Part shown: positions 38,969 through 48,928 of the stretch, piece after piece
Layout: the number at the start of each line of letters is the position of its first letter
How positions within the stretch are numbered: the stretch's first letter is position 1
Source: Candidatus Latescibacterota bacterium
GTDB taxonomy: Bacteria > Latescibacterota > UBA2968 > UBA8231
Assembly: GCA_965243025.1 (NCBI GenBank)
Contig: CBDETY010000003.1
Coordinates: 5,632,001 to 5,696,000, forward strand
Reading direction: 5' to 3'
DNA: 64,000 nt
Translations under genes and position numbers: made by a program
The notes under the pieces: model-generated
Databases searched by the model: none
What the model saw: the letters and a program-made list of their open reading frames with translations, nothing else
Told to the model about the DNA's origin: nothing

Positions 38969-39970
38969 TCAAGGCGCCCCGCGCTCTTTCAGGAGCGCTG
39001 CCGCCCGGGTCGCGCCGCCGAACTCCGCCCAACCCAGCGGGGTGCCGCCGTGCGCTCCGTCGACCACGGCGGCGTCGGCGCCGCGGTCCAGCAGCAGCTC
39101 GACGCAGCCCACCGCGTCGTGCTGGGCGGCCAGGTGCATGGCGACCGCGCTGACGCCATGACCCTCGCCGCCCCAGTCGTGCCGCAGATCGGAATCGGCG
39201 CCGTGATCGAGCAGCCAGGCCGCGGCTTCCACCTTGTCGCTGTAGCAGGCCCACAGCAGCGGCGTGCCCCGGAACGGGTTGGCGTTGACGTTGGCGCCGC
39301 GGGCTACGAGTTCGTCCATCGCCTGGCACTGGTTGTTCCGCGCCGCCCACGACAGGGCCTCGTCGACGACCTCCCGGCGCTCGAGTGTCCTGTTCCAGGC
39401 GGGGAAGAACACCGGGGCGTAGAATCCGAGGCCCTCCCGGGCGGCAGGGGTCAGCTCGCTCCCCTTGAAGAACCTGCCGACATCGGCGCCGAGGGCCGCG
39501 GCGGCTCGCAGGTTGTCCGGGTACACGGGCGTCAGCACGCCGCCCATGAAGGCCTTGGCATAGAACAGGGCGTACGACAGGGGCGAACCCCCGTCTCTCC
39601 CGTAAGCCTCGGCACGGACGGAGGCCCCGGCCCGCACCAGGCGCGCGCCGAGGCCGGCGTGTCCCGCCATGGCGGCGGTGTGCAGAGGCGTCCAACCGTC
39701 GTCGTCGGCCGCGGAAGGGTCGGCGCCTGCGGCCAGGATCATGTCCACGGCCGCGTGCTGCTGACGGGTGCCGGGATCGATTGGAATGGCGATGTCGCCG
39801 GTGGCGGCGCGGCAGGCCAGATCGAGCAGTGTGCGCCCGTCGGCATCGGCGGCGGCGGTTGCGGAAGGAGAATCGGCGAGGATGGCCGCGAGGGACTCGA
39901 GGTCGCCGGCGCGGGCGGCCGTTGCCGCCTGCGTCAGTGCGTCTTCAGCCACGCCGGTCTGCCTGGTCAT
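38969..39970 (-). CDS. Ankyrin repeat protein
   Basis: GRTLLDLA, GWTPLHTAA, GGSPLSYA, GTPLLWAC, AMHLAA, GGTPLGWA. Confidence 0.88.
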   Translation of the reverse strand: MTRQTGVAEDALTQAATAARAGDLESLAAILADSPSATAAADADGRTLLDLACRAATGDIAIPIDPGTRQQHAAVDMILAAGADPSAADDDGWTPLHTAAMAGHAGLGARLVRAGASVRAEAYGRDGGSPLSYALFYAKAFMGGVLTPVYPDNLRAAAALGADVGRFFKGSELTPAAREGLGFYAPVFFPAWNRTLERREVVDEALSWAARNNQCQAMDELVARGANVNANPFRGTPLLWACYSDKVEAAAWLLDHGADSDLRHDWGGEGHGVSAVAMHLAAQHDAVGCVELLLDRGADAAVVDGAHGGTPLGWAEFGGATRAAALLKERGAP

Positions 39971-40034
39971 GGGGCAGCCGCATCACCTCGGGAACTCCAG
40001 CAAGGTCACTCCCGAACATCCTTGTGGATACGTT

Positions 40035-40140
40035 TCACTCAGCCAAAGAGGCCTTGATCCGGCCCCAGGCCCCCCAGGCACTGCCGAAGGACCAGCAAAG
40101 GGTGTATGACGATGAGCGGCTGGATGAGACTCTTGACCAT
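40035..40140 (-). pseudogene. Internally deleted relic: signal peptide joined directly to the C-terminal AWGRIKASLAE motif
   Basis: ATG..MVKSLIQPLIVI (+1 nt) TLCWSFGSAWG-AWGRIKASLAE*; C-terminus nearly identical to that of the 22430 gene. Confidence 0.65.
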
Positions 40141-40275
40141 GGTCCCGCCGACCGACTGGCGTTATCCGTTTATGGAAGAAGAGTAGGAGCGGGGAGCCTC
40201 CCGCTGCTGGAAGCCCGTCACCCCGAGGCTTGTGCGCAACCGGGTCGGCCCTTCCTTGTCCCCGCCCTTCGCCGC

Positions 40276-41319
40276 TCAATACGAGAACGGCATCCGCAGT
40301 GGCGCCGTCCTTTCCGCCCGGTCGTACCACCCCTGGGGTGCGTGGTCGCTCATGTGGAGGTAGCACCTGATGTCGACGTCCGCCGCGCCTTCGGAAAACG
40401 TCAGCAGCCGGCTCATCGAAACGTTCCTGTAGCCGTGGTATTTCGAGATGGCGGCCACGTTGACGAAGGTCACCCCCCACTTCCGCTCCACGTGGGACCG
40501 CCCGCCGCAGGTATCGTCCGGATCCGTGTGGGTATGGCCCCCCAGCCAGAGGTCGACCGCTCCCGGGTTCGCCTCCAGCCAGAACTCGAACGCACCCGCA
40601 TCCGGTTTTCCGCCGACGAAATAGAGGTACGACGCCCCGACGGGCGCCCCGTCCTCGAAGCGGCCGTGGTAGCCTCCGTCAACCCCCTCCCACGGGCCTG
40701 AGGCCACTGTCGTCTCCCTCAACATGTGGTGGTGGGCGGTTACGATGATCCTGTCCTGGTTTTCCTCGACCTTCTGTTTCCACCACTCGAAGGTCTCCCG
40801 CGTCACCGCGCCGGCCGGGTATCCCCCCCTCTGGCCGCGTCCGACCGGAGGGCCGCCGTCGTTGCGGTCCCCCATGGCCAGAAACAGGACGTTCCCCACC
40901 TGGAACGAGTACCGCTCCCAGGTCCCCTCGACCGGGTAGGGCCGCCGGTCGGCGTGAACGCCTGAGTACCCGGGGTTCTCCCCGAGGGGATCGACCCACT
41001 TCCGGAACCACCACTGGCACGGCTCGTCGGGGCCGCTGGCGTCGTGGTTGCCCACGATGTTGTAGAAATCTTCCCGGGGGTGCCGGGTCGACACGCTGTA
41101 CTGCCGCACCACCTCCTCCCCTTCCTCGTCACCGGGCGGTGTCTGCGACCCGGACAAGTCGCCGATGTCCAGCATGATATCCCACTCGAACGGCGGACCG
41201 CCATCGGCGCCGCCCCGTTCGGCCTGCAGGATCGCATCGGCAAGGCTGCGGCGGTCGGCATGCGCCAGGTCCGTGCCCAGGTGCGCATCCCCGCCCGCCC
41301 ACAGCTTGAAGGTCCTCAC
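40276..41319 (-). CDS. Metallophosphoesterase family protein
   Basis: DAH, IGDL, VGNHD, AHH, GHTH motifs. Confidence 0.85.
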   Translation of the reverse strand: MRTFKLWAGGDAHLGTDLAHADRRSLADAILQAERGGADGGPPFEWDIMLDIGDLSGSQTPPGDEEGEEVVRQYSVSTRHPREDFYNIVGNHDASGPDEPCQWWFRKWVDPLGENPGYSGVHADRRPYPVEGTWERYSFQVGNVLFLAMGDRNDGGPPVGRGQRGGYPAGAVTRETFEWWKQKVEENQDRIIVTAHHHMLRETTVASGPWEGVDGGYHGRFEDGAPVGASYLYFVGGKPDAGAFEFWLEANPGAVDLWLGGHTHTDPDDTCGGRSHVERKWGVTFVNVAAISKYHGYRNVSMSRLLTFSEGAADVDIRCYLHMSDHAPQGWYDRAERTAPLRMPFSY

Positions 41320-41482
41320 TCCGGCGGCACCGTCAGCTGCTTGAAGTGAGGGAGCCCCGGCGCTTCCCGCGAGCCGGTGACAAATGGTCCCGTCGAGGAC
41401 GCGGAGTGAACCGTCGGCCCTCTGGCCATGGACGGGGTTGCCGCCGGCGACATGGCAAGGATCAGCGGGGGGTCACCGGCCC

Positions 41483-42724
41483 TCATCGGGCGGCCTCCGC
41501 CAGGTCGAGGCAGACGATTTCCCGTTCGTCGCGGAGGAAGAGACGGCCCCCCGCGAGTGTGGGCAGCGTCCAGCAGCGGCCCTCGAGAACGGGGTAGCCG
41601 GCCTTTTCGACGAAACCCGCGGGGGTGGCCTCGGCGAGGCCGAGGTTGCCGCGTTCACCGAGGATGACGAGGTGGCCGTCGGCGAAGATCAGCGTGCCCT
41701 TGCCGTAGCCCCGGGACTTCCACTTCTCGGCGCCGGTCTTCGCGTCGATGCACTTGAGGATCGAGCCGTCGAAACCGTAGAGGTGGCCCTCGTGGTAGAT
41801 GGAGGTGGCGAAGTGGTTCTTCATTTCCGTATTGCGCCAGACCTCGCTGACACTGTAGCCGCTGTCCGTGGCGGAGACCTCCACCACGGTGCCGCCGGTG
41901 CCGTAGCCGGAGGAGATGAAGAAGCGGTCGGGTGGAATGAAAACCGGGGTGGCGGCGTTGACGTCGTGCCTGGTCGTCCAGGGGTGTGTCCACAGCACCT
42001 TGCCGTTTTGCGGCGCCACGGAGACCAGCCCGTAGCCGGTGAAAAACACCGCCTGGGGCGTTTTTCCGATGGTGACGGCGATGGGAGAGGAGTAGCCCAG
42101 CTTGTCGCTGCCGGTGGTCCAGGCGACCTCGCCGCTGGATTTGTCAAAGGCCATCAGCGAACGGCCGCCAGAACCGCCGGCCTCGATCAGGACCAGGTTG
42201 CCTGCGACCAGCGGCGACGGGCAAAAGCCCCAGCGGGGCTTCCTGCTGCCGAATTCGCGCACCAGGTCGCGGCTCCATTTTTGAGAGCCGGTTTTGCTGT
42301 CGAGTGCGTAGAGTTTGCCGTAGGCGCTGGAAACATAGACCGTTCCGCCGTCCACGGTGGGGGTTCCACGCGGACCGTCGCCCCCCTGCCGTTCCATCAA
42401 CAGATCGTCGGTGCGGGTGCGCCACAGCACTTCGCCGTTGCCGGCGTCGAGACAGACCGCGTATTCCTCGCCGCCGTGGATGTACATCGTATAGAGGCGG
42501 CCGCCGGCTACGGACATCCCGGAAAACCCCTTCCCGCCCTGAGTCCGCCAGGACTCGTTGATCGACAGCTTGTCGCCGAACAGGCCGGTCTCAGGCGAGA
42601 TGCCGTTGCGTTCGGGGCCGAGCCATTGCGGCCAGCCCGCCGTTTGCCAGCGCGACCAGTCCTGGGCCGAGGCGGGAAAGGCAAGCAGGAGGAGGGTCAG
42701 GGGAACCAGCAGTTCAGTCTTCAT
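41483..42724 (-). CDS. Secreted PQQ-like beta-propeller repeat protein (BamB-like)
   Basis: Signal peptide, WPQWLGPERNG, repeated LDAxTG..W blades. Confidence 0.88.
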   Translation of the reverse strand: MKTELLVPLTLLLLAFPASAQDWSRWQTAGWPQWLGPERNGISPETGLFGDKLSINESWRTQGGKGFSGMSVAGGRLYTMYIHGGEEYAVCLDAGNGEVLWRTRTDDLLMERQGGDGPRGTPTVDGGTVYVSSAYGKLYALDSKTGSQKWSRDLVREFGSRKPRWGFCPSPLVAGNLVLIEAGGSGGRSLMAFDKSSGEVAWTTGSDKLGYSSPIAVTIGKTPQAVFFTGYGLVSVAPQNGKVLWTHPWTTRHDVNAATPVFIPPDRFFISSGYGTGGTVVEVSATDSGYSVSEVWRNTEMKNHFATSIYHEGHLYGFDGSILKCIDAKTGAEKWKSRGYGKGTLIFADGHLVILGERGNLGLAEATPAGFVEKAGYPVLEGRCWTLPTLAGGRLFLRDEREIVCLDLAEAAR

Positions 42725-42934
42725 CGGGCTGCTCCGTTGCCGTTGCGGGTGGAGGTTGAAATCCGGGCGGGCGCGAGAACATGAAGCCGCCGCACCCGTG
42801 CCCATGTAATGGTAAAATATGGCACCTTTCCGGCTTTTCTGAGGTCTGCTCTTCGCGCATGGCCTTGAGAGGACACAAAAAACGCGGAGCAGACGGGCTG
42901 CTCCGCGTCGCGGAAAAAAACAGGAAACCGGTGT

Positions 42935-43546
42935 TTACCACCGGCCGCGCCAGCGTTTGCCGCCTCCGTAGAACGCCTCGTCCTTCATCACTTCGAGCTG
43001 TTCCCGCTGCTCATCGGTCAGGACGTCTTCCAGGGCGGTGCGGTGCTTCTGGCGCGTATCGCGAATCTCCTCGCGGTGCCCGGTGCGCAACTCCTCGAGC
43101 TGTTCCTTCTGCTCGTCGGTCAGGTCCAGCTTTGAAAACGCGCCCATGCCGCCGCGCCCGGGGTGGTCCCGACCCTTGCCCCCGCGCCACATGTCGTACC
43201 GGTCCTTCCCCTTGCCGCCGCGGCCGTCGAAAAACCTGCCGCGCCTGCCGCGCATTTCTTTCAGGGTCTCCTGCTGCTCCCCGGTCAGAATGTTCATTAC
43301 CGCCTCCCGCTGCTCCTCAGCCATGGCGGCCATGGCCTCCCGCTGCTCGCGCCTGGCTTCGCGGTGCTCCCTGCGCAACTCCTGCAACTGCTCCTTCTGC
43401 TCGCCGGTCAGGTCGAGACGCTCCAGCATCCACGGCCCGGGCTGCCCGTGCCCCCGCATCTTTCCTCCGTGCCCGGCTACGGCCACGGTGACCAGCGCGC
43501 CGAGCGCCAGCGCGGCGCCGGCTGCAATGATCCATTTCTTTTTCAT
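42935..43546 (-). CDS. Spy/CpxP-like periplasmic protein (LTxEQ repeats)
   Basis: Signal peptide; LTGEQ, LTGEQ, LTDEQ, LTDEQ; GGAG RBS. Confidence 0.8.
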   Translation of the reverse strand: MKKKWIIAAGAALALGALVTVAVAGHGGKMRGHGQPGPWMLERLDLTGEQKEQLQELRREHREARREQREAMAAMAEEQREAVMNILTGEQQETLKEMRGRRGRFFDGRGGKGKDRYDMWRGGKGRDHPGRGGMGAFSKLDLTDEQKEQLEELRTGHREEIRDTRQKHRTALEDVLTDEQREQLEVMKDEAFYGGGKRWRGRW

Positions 43547-43748
43547 CGTTCTTTCTCCCGCGTCAAGCGTCAGTTGGGTTCAACCGCCTGGCCGGCGGCT
43601 CTTGAGATATGGCCATTTCTTCTCTCCACGCCCCATTAGACCACCTGACGATGCAATTCATTTCATTGAGGGTTCATTTTTTTCCTGATTGCGGCAGCGG
43701 GACCGCAACGACACCGCCCCTGCCGCGAGGTTCGGCGCGACCGGGAAA

Positions 43749-46364
43749 TCAGTAGGCTACGTGCACCAGTCGGTGAACCGAGGTTCGAACGACTTCCGAA
43801 TCCGGGTGGATTTTGATCCTCAGCAGGTAGATGCCCGGAGGTACGATTCCACCCGAGGTGCTTTTTCCGTTCCAGGTGAGAGAGTGGCGGCCGGCGGTTC
43901 TGGCTTCGACGCTCAGCCGGTTGACCAGCCTGCCGCCCAGATCGTACACCTCCACCTGGACGGGAATGGGAGATCCGAGCCGCAGCAGCGAGAAACCGAC
44001 CTCCATCATGTCGTTGATTCCGTCGCCGTTCGGGGTAAAGCTGTCATCCGTTTCGAGGTCCCCGAGCAAGGTCCCCTGCTCCAGGGCAAGAACAACGGTG
44101 GTTTCGCTGTCCTCGACTCCGTTGGCATCGCCGTCGTCCACCCTCTGCCATGAACCGTCGAAGCCGGAATGACCCAGCGACCCGTTAAAGAAAGTGTTGT
44201 ACCCGAAAACCGTGGTCTCGTACCGCACTTCGACCAAAGCGGATCCCCGCGTCGTTCTGACCGGGGCAGGGAGACGCAGCCAGAGTGAATCGGCGTCGTT
44301 CCTGACTACTTCGAAGCCCGCACTCCCTGTCACGTAGCGGACGGCCGACTCGCCGGTCACGTTCACCTCGGCCCGCTCGAAGGTCATGGCGATTCCCTCG
44401 GGGGCCTCGATGAGGATCTCGTCAAACCCCAGGCTTTCCCCATCGAAGGCGGAGCGGACGAAATAGGACAGTTCCTGTCTGGCGCCGAGTGTCTTCAAAC
44501 GGGAAGGCAAGACCTCCCCGACGATACTCTTCGCCACCGGAGTTGCGAAGTTCAGCTGCACGGAACGCAGGGAGGCAGCCGCCATCGGGACCTCGGTCAG
44601 GAAGGTCGCGCGAATGGCGGCGTATTTTCTCGGACTTGGGGAGCTGATCCTGTCGCCCGAGCTGAAATAGGGCTGGCTCCAGCCGCTCCATTCGCTGCCC
44701 GGTACCTTTTCGACCACCGCCCGCCCCACCGCATTCTCGCCGAAGTATTTCTTGTCGGAAGCGTACGCTTCGGCGGCTTCTTCGTCCGTGCCGGGGTACT
44801 TTTCCCCGTTCTTCTGGTAGTAGTGGGTCTTTGTCTGGAAGGTATCGCCGGTTCGGGTCTGCAGAATCAGTTCGGTGCCCGGGGGTACGTCGGCGTCCCA
44901 CTGGATCGTCGTCAGGTTCCGGGGGGTGCCGGCGATCTCGATGAACGAAGACTCGCCTTCGAACGCGGACGAAATCCGCGACTCCGGCATGTACCCTTCC
45001 CCGAAGAACTGCATCTCCGACAACCCGGACCTGTCGCTTACGAACCAGTCGCCGAGTCCGAAGGTAAAGGCGACGTGTTCCACTTTCGTGAGCGGGAACT
45101 TCAGGTCGTTGTACCGGTTGCCGGAGGCGAGATTCTCGAAGGAACCCACTGTTTTCCAGGCGAGTTCCCCGTCTGCATGAGTGCTGCCGTCCGAGACCTG
45201 GATCCGGTAGGTGGGAAACGGAGCAGTGAACGTCCCGGCGGCATGCAGCACCCGGATGTTGTCGAGGAAGTAGGAGCCGCCGAGATCTATGAACAGGGAG
45301 CGCTCCAGGTCCGGAGGGTCCCAGGGCAACAGCTTGTCGGGGTCGAAGTAGGCATTGGTGGACCAGTGGGGCACCTTGCCGAAATAGTCTCCGTCGACCA
45401 CCGCCATCTCCGAGCCGCTGTTGTCGGAACTGGTCACTTTCCCGCCCCGGTCGAGAACGCCCGTGCCGATGTTGTCCCCGATCGCCCAGACCTCGATCTC
45501 GGCCAGCCTGGGGCGCTCGCGGCGGTAGTGGATTACCGGCCCCTGCATGCCGCTGCCGGCCAGCCGGTCCCAGTCCTCCCTGCCATCGAGCGGGTCACGG
45601 TTCCCCCGGGCATCCTCCCGGAAATAGAGGACATCCCCTTTCTGTTCGGGCGGCAGGTCCTCGTACGTGCCAGGGGAAACCTCTCTGCTTTTTCCGAAGT
45701 CGCTGTCAGTTATCCCGATTCCCACGTAGCGGATCACGTCGCCGCTGAAGTCGCCGGCGACATCCGGCCACTTGGTCGCCAGCTGCCTGGTCAGATCGAT
45801 CTCGAACCGGCGCTCGTTCTTGACCGGTCTGTTCGTGGTGAACCGGGTGCGGAACAGCATCGGTTCGACCGGTCTCTCACCCTGGGAGGTGGTCACCTTG
45901 AAGTGCAGGAAAGGGTCCCCGACCTCTTCTTCGACAAACTCGAGGACGATCCGGGTGGCCGATACCGTCCGTCCCAGGTCGATTTGCACCCACCAGTCCT
46001 CCAGCAGGTCGGACCGGTCCGGTTCCCACCAGGTGTCCAGCCTGCCATCCATCAGGTTGGCGGCGTCCAGGGCGTTGGATCCGGCATCCCTTATTCCTCC
46101 GCCGAAATCCGCGGCGTTGAGGACGGCGTTGATGCCGGGAACGACGGTTTCCCCGCCGTCTGTTTCCAACCGGGTGCTTTTCCGAACGAAGGTGGGCATC
46201 ACCCCTTCGTCGGAGATGTGGATAGTCCCTGCGGCGGAACGCCAGCGTTCCCAGTGTTCCCGGGAATCGATTACGACTTTCCCGGGCAACAACGAGTAAC
46301 CCCCCTGTGCCCAGCATGCGGCCGGAAGGGCCAGCGGGGACAGCAGGAAGACGAACTCCCTCAA
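43749..46364 (-). CDS. Large secreted protein with discoidin-like domains and C-terminal FlgD-Ig/CHU_C-like domain (paralog A)
   Basis: Probable TTG start giving the signal peptide MREFVFLLSPLALPAACWA; MDGRLDTWW, IDLGR; FTPNGDGIND...YDLGGRLV...VPPGIYLLRI...VAY. Confidence 0.8.
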   Translation of the reverse strand: MREFVFLLSPLALPAACWAQGGYSLLPGKVVIDSREHWERWRSAAGTIHISDEGVMPTFVRKSTRLETDGGETVVPGINAVLNAADFGGGIRDAGSNALDAANLMDGRLDTWWEPDRSDLLEDWWVQIDLGRTVSATRIVLEFVEEEVGDPFLHFKVTTSQGERPVEPMLFRTRFTTNRPVKNERRFEIDLTRQLATKWPDVAGDFSGDVIRYVGIGITDSDFGKSREVSPGTYEDLPPEQKGDVLYFREDARGNRDPLDGREDWDRLAGSGMQGPVIHYRRERPRLAEIEVWAIGDNIGTGVLDRGGKVTSSDNSGSEMAVVDGDYFGKVPHWSTNAYFDPDKLLPWDPPDLERSLFIDLGGSYFLDNIRVLHAAGTFTAPFPTYRIQVSDGSTHADGELAWKTVGSFENLASGNRYNDLKFPLTKVEHVAFTFGLGDWFVSDRSGLSEMQFFGEGYMPESRISSAFEGESSFIEIAGTPRNLTTIQWDADVPPGTELILQTRTGDTFQTKTHYYQKNGEKYPGTDEEAAEAYASDKKYFGENAVGRAVVEKVPGSEWSGWSQPYFSSGDRISSPSPRKYAAIRATFLTEVPMAAASLRSVQLNFATPVAKSIVGEVLPSRLKTLGARQELSYFVRSAFDGESLGFDEILIEAPEGIAMTFERAEVNVTGESAVRYVTGSAGFEVVRNDADSLWLRLPAPVRTTRGSALVEVRYETTVFGYNTFFNGSLGHSGFDGSWQRVDDGDANGVEDSETTVVLALEQGTLLGDLETDDSFTPNGDGINDMMEVGFSLLRLGSPIPVQVEVYDLGGRLVNRLSVEARTAGRHSLTWNGKSTSGGIVPPGIYLLRIKIHPDSEVVRTSVHRLVHVAY

Positions 46365-46679
46365 GGTTCGCGGAATCGCAGTCAGTAGTTTTCTATCGGT
46401 CTTGACCGACCCGGGTTGATGAAACCAGGCGGGTCGGCGCCTTCCCGCGTGCGGATGGCTACCCGGGCGTGGGCTTTCCGTCCCGACCAGCTGATATCCC
46501 CCAAGTTGGGGATGTTGGTGTATAGGGAAAAAAGGCACCTTTTATGATTCTCGGCCAAGGCGCTGATGAGTATGGGCAACTCTCTTCCCGTGGACTCCCG
46601 ACCTCCCATTCCGTCCCACATGGTGCTGAATCCGGGACAGGATGCAGCCTCAATACCGCGGAAGCATTTCCCGAAAGCA

Positions 46680-48596
46680 ATGGCGATTCTTCTGCTTGTA
46701 ACTGCCGCTCTTGCCGTCGACGTCCACAGGGGTTGGGGGGTGGTCGTCTACCGCATCGGAACCCCGTTCACCGCGGTGGAAAGGGACAGCCTCCGCGGCC
46801 TCGGCATCGATGTCGAGGAAATCCCCTGGTGGCCCTCGCTGGGGCACGACGCTGTCGAGCAGGACTCGCTGCAAGCCGGTTCGCTGCAACCCGACTTCTT
46901 CGACCAAGACGAAGATATCGCCGCGACTCTGTTGATCAGGGGCGGGCGGGTCGCTGCCAATATCAGCTACTTGACCAGAGATCCGAAGCTCCAGGTGATG
47001 GTCGATGGCGACCCGGCCACGGCCTGGACATGGGCCGAGGTGACCCCGGAAAGTTTCGCAACCTTTCATCGGAACACCTGGGGTGTGATGCTCGGTCTGG
47101 GTGGTGAGTTTCTCGTCAGGGAAGTGGTTTTCAGACCGCTTGCGCACCGGCCCGATCACTACCTCGAGAATGTCCAGATCCTGGTCCGTGACCAAGGCGA
47201 AGGCGACTATGGGCCGTACGCGCATTTTCAGATGGTTGCGGAGGTGAAAGAAAACACGGAACCGGATGTCAGGGTGACCCTCGATCCGCCGGTGACTGCC
47301 GGAGAAGTCTGGTTGAGGATCATTCGGCATACCCCGAAAGAGGTCGGCATCGCCGATATCGAAATCTATGGCGGAGGGTTCGTGAGACATGCCTACTACG
47401 AATCGGAGGTCATCGAAATGGAGGATCTCGCCAGCTGGGGAGAGATTCACTGGGAAGGGCGCCGGGATCCCGAAGCCCGCGTCGAGATTCGCACCCGGAC
47501 CGGAGATGATCCACAGCCGGAAATTTTCTGGGAACAGAGGACCGAACATCAGGACCGGATCAGATTCCTCCAGGGCGGGGGCGACCTGGACTTCGCCGAA
47601 TACAATCGCCAGTACGATCTGCTCGACGAGTTCCGAAAGCCCGGGGAACCGGATCGGAGAAGGACGGTCGACGTTGAAAACTGGAGCTACTGGTCCAGTC
47701 CCTATCCGTTCGAAACTCCAGGGGTCGCCATCGCCTCTCCAAGCCCGCGGAAGTTCATCCAGCTGAAAACGGAATTCCTGTCTACCGTCATGCACGGCGG
47801 GAAGATCGACTACATACAGCTCAGGGCCTCCGTTCCGCCGGCGGTCGGTGGGCTCGTCGGTGAGATCCACCCCACCGAGACTCGACTGGGTGAGGTCTCG
47901 CGTTTCACCTACTTCGTCAAGCCGACCATTCGCGCCGGAGACAGGGGATTCGACGGCATCGAGATTTCCACCCCTTCCGGAGTGGTATCGGTGGACTCGC
48001 TGCGCATAAACCGGATCGATCAGGAGTTCTCCTGGTCGGTCAACGCGGACGGCCTGGGGTTCGAGGTCATGCTTCCGCGCAGATTGGAACCCGCAGACAG
48101 CGGGGTGCTGGTGGAGGTGGTGTTCAGCGCCACGGTGTTGAGAGAGGTGGGAAACCTGTTTGCAGGCAGGGCGATCGATACTTCGAGGCCGCAGGAAGTG
48201 CGCCAGAGGATTCTTCCAGGCAATGCAGCTCATGAGATAGACAGCGATCGTCTGTCAGTGACCACCGCGTTGAGCAACTCGCTGCTGTTGGGCTGGAAGA
48301 TTTCGCCGAATCCGTTTACGCCCAACGGGGACGGCATTAACGATGCTGCGAAAATCTCCTACAAGCTCGTACGGGTCACCTCTCCGGTGCGGGTGTCCAT
48401 CGGGATATACTCCCTGTCGGGCCGGCTGGTGAAGCAGGTCTACGAAGGGGAGAGTCCGATCGGTGAGTATGCTCGTTTCTGGGATGGAACGGACAGTTCG
48501 GACAGGCCGGTGGCTCCCGGGCTGTACCTGTATCGAATCGCGGCCGACGTGCGCCATCGGGAAACCGGCATCGGCATCCTGTCAGTGGCTTACTGA
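46680..48596 (+). CDS. Secreted protein with C-terminal FlgD-Ig/CHU_C-like domain (paralog B)
   Basis: MAILLLVTAALA signal peptide; DGDPATAW; SPSPRKF; PNPFTPNGDGIND...APGLYLYRI...VAY. Confidence 0.8.
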   Translation: MAILLLVTAALAVDVHRGWGVVVYRIGTPFTAVERDSLRGLGIDVEEIPWWPSLGHDAVEQDSLQAGSLQPDFFDQDEDIAATLLIRGGRVAANISYLTRDPKLQVMVDGDPATAWTWAEVTPESFATFHRNTWGVMLGLGGEFLVREVVFRPLAHRPDHYLENVQILVRDQGEGDYGPYAHFQMVAEVKENTEPDVRVTLDPPVTAGEVWLRIIRHTPKEVGIADIEIYGGGFVRHAYYESEVIEMEDLASWGEIHWEGRRDPEARVEIRTRTGDDPQPEIFWEQRTEHQDRIRFLQGGGDLDFAEYNRQYDLLDEFRKPGEPDRRRTVDVENWSYWSSPYPFETPGVAIASPSPRKFIQLKTEFLSTVMHGGKIDYIQLRASVPPAVGGLVGEIHPTETRLGEVSRFTYFVKPTIRAGDRGFDGIEISTPSGVVSVDSLRINRIDQEFSWSVNADGLGFEVMLPRRLEPADSGVLVEVVFSATVLREVGNLFAGRAIDTSRPQEVRQRILPGNAAHEIDSDRLSVTTALSNSLLLGWKISPNPFTPNGDGINDAAKISYKLVRVTSPVRVSIGIYSLSGRLVKQVYEGESPIGEYARFWDGTDSSDRPVAPGLYLYRIAADVRHRETGIGILSVAY

Positions 48597-48928
48597 TCCC
48601 CGTACTTCACCGCGGCCTGGTCCCCCTCCGGCCTCGGGGCCGCGCTCCGGAGGGTCGTCCCGGCCGCCGCCGGCCTGGCGGTGGCAGATCACTCGCGGTC
48701 GAACATGGGGGTGGATATCACCGCCGGCAGGGGTTGGCTCGGAGCAGTCGGGCCGGTGCGCCGGTGCGAATCTGTTCTGATCGCTCCCATATTACCGTAT
48801 ACTTACGGCCAATACCTGTTCGGCGGCATCCGTTCGGTGGAACAGGCGTCCGACAGGCCCCCGCTTTCTGTCCTGCTTCGCGCTCCGTTTCGGAGGCAGG
48901 ACCGGCACATCCTCTGTGAGGCTGCCCC

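Noticed and set aside
43630-43670. ECF-like promoter (TGAAAT-N17-GGTCTAA, minus strand) before the Spy/CpxP-like gene
   Set aside because: Weak match with ambiguous spacing; cannot be supported from one instance
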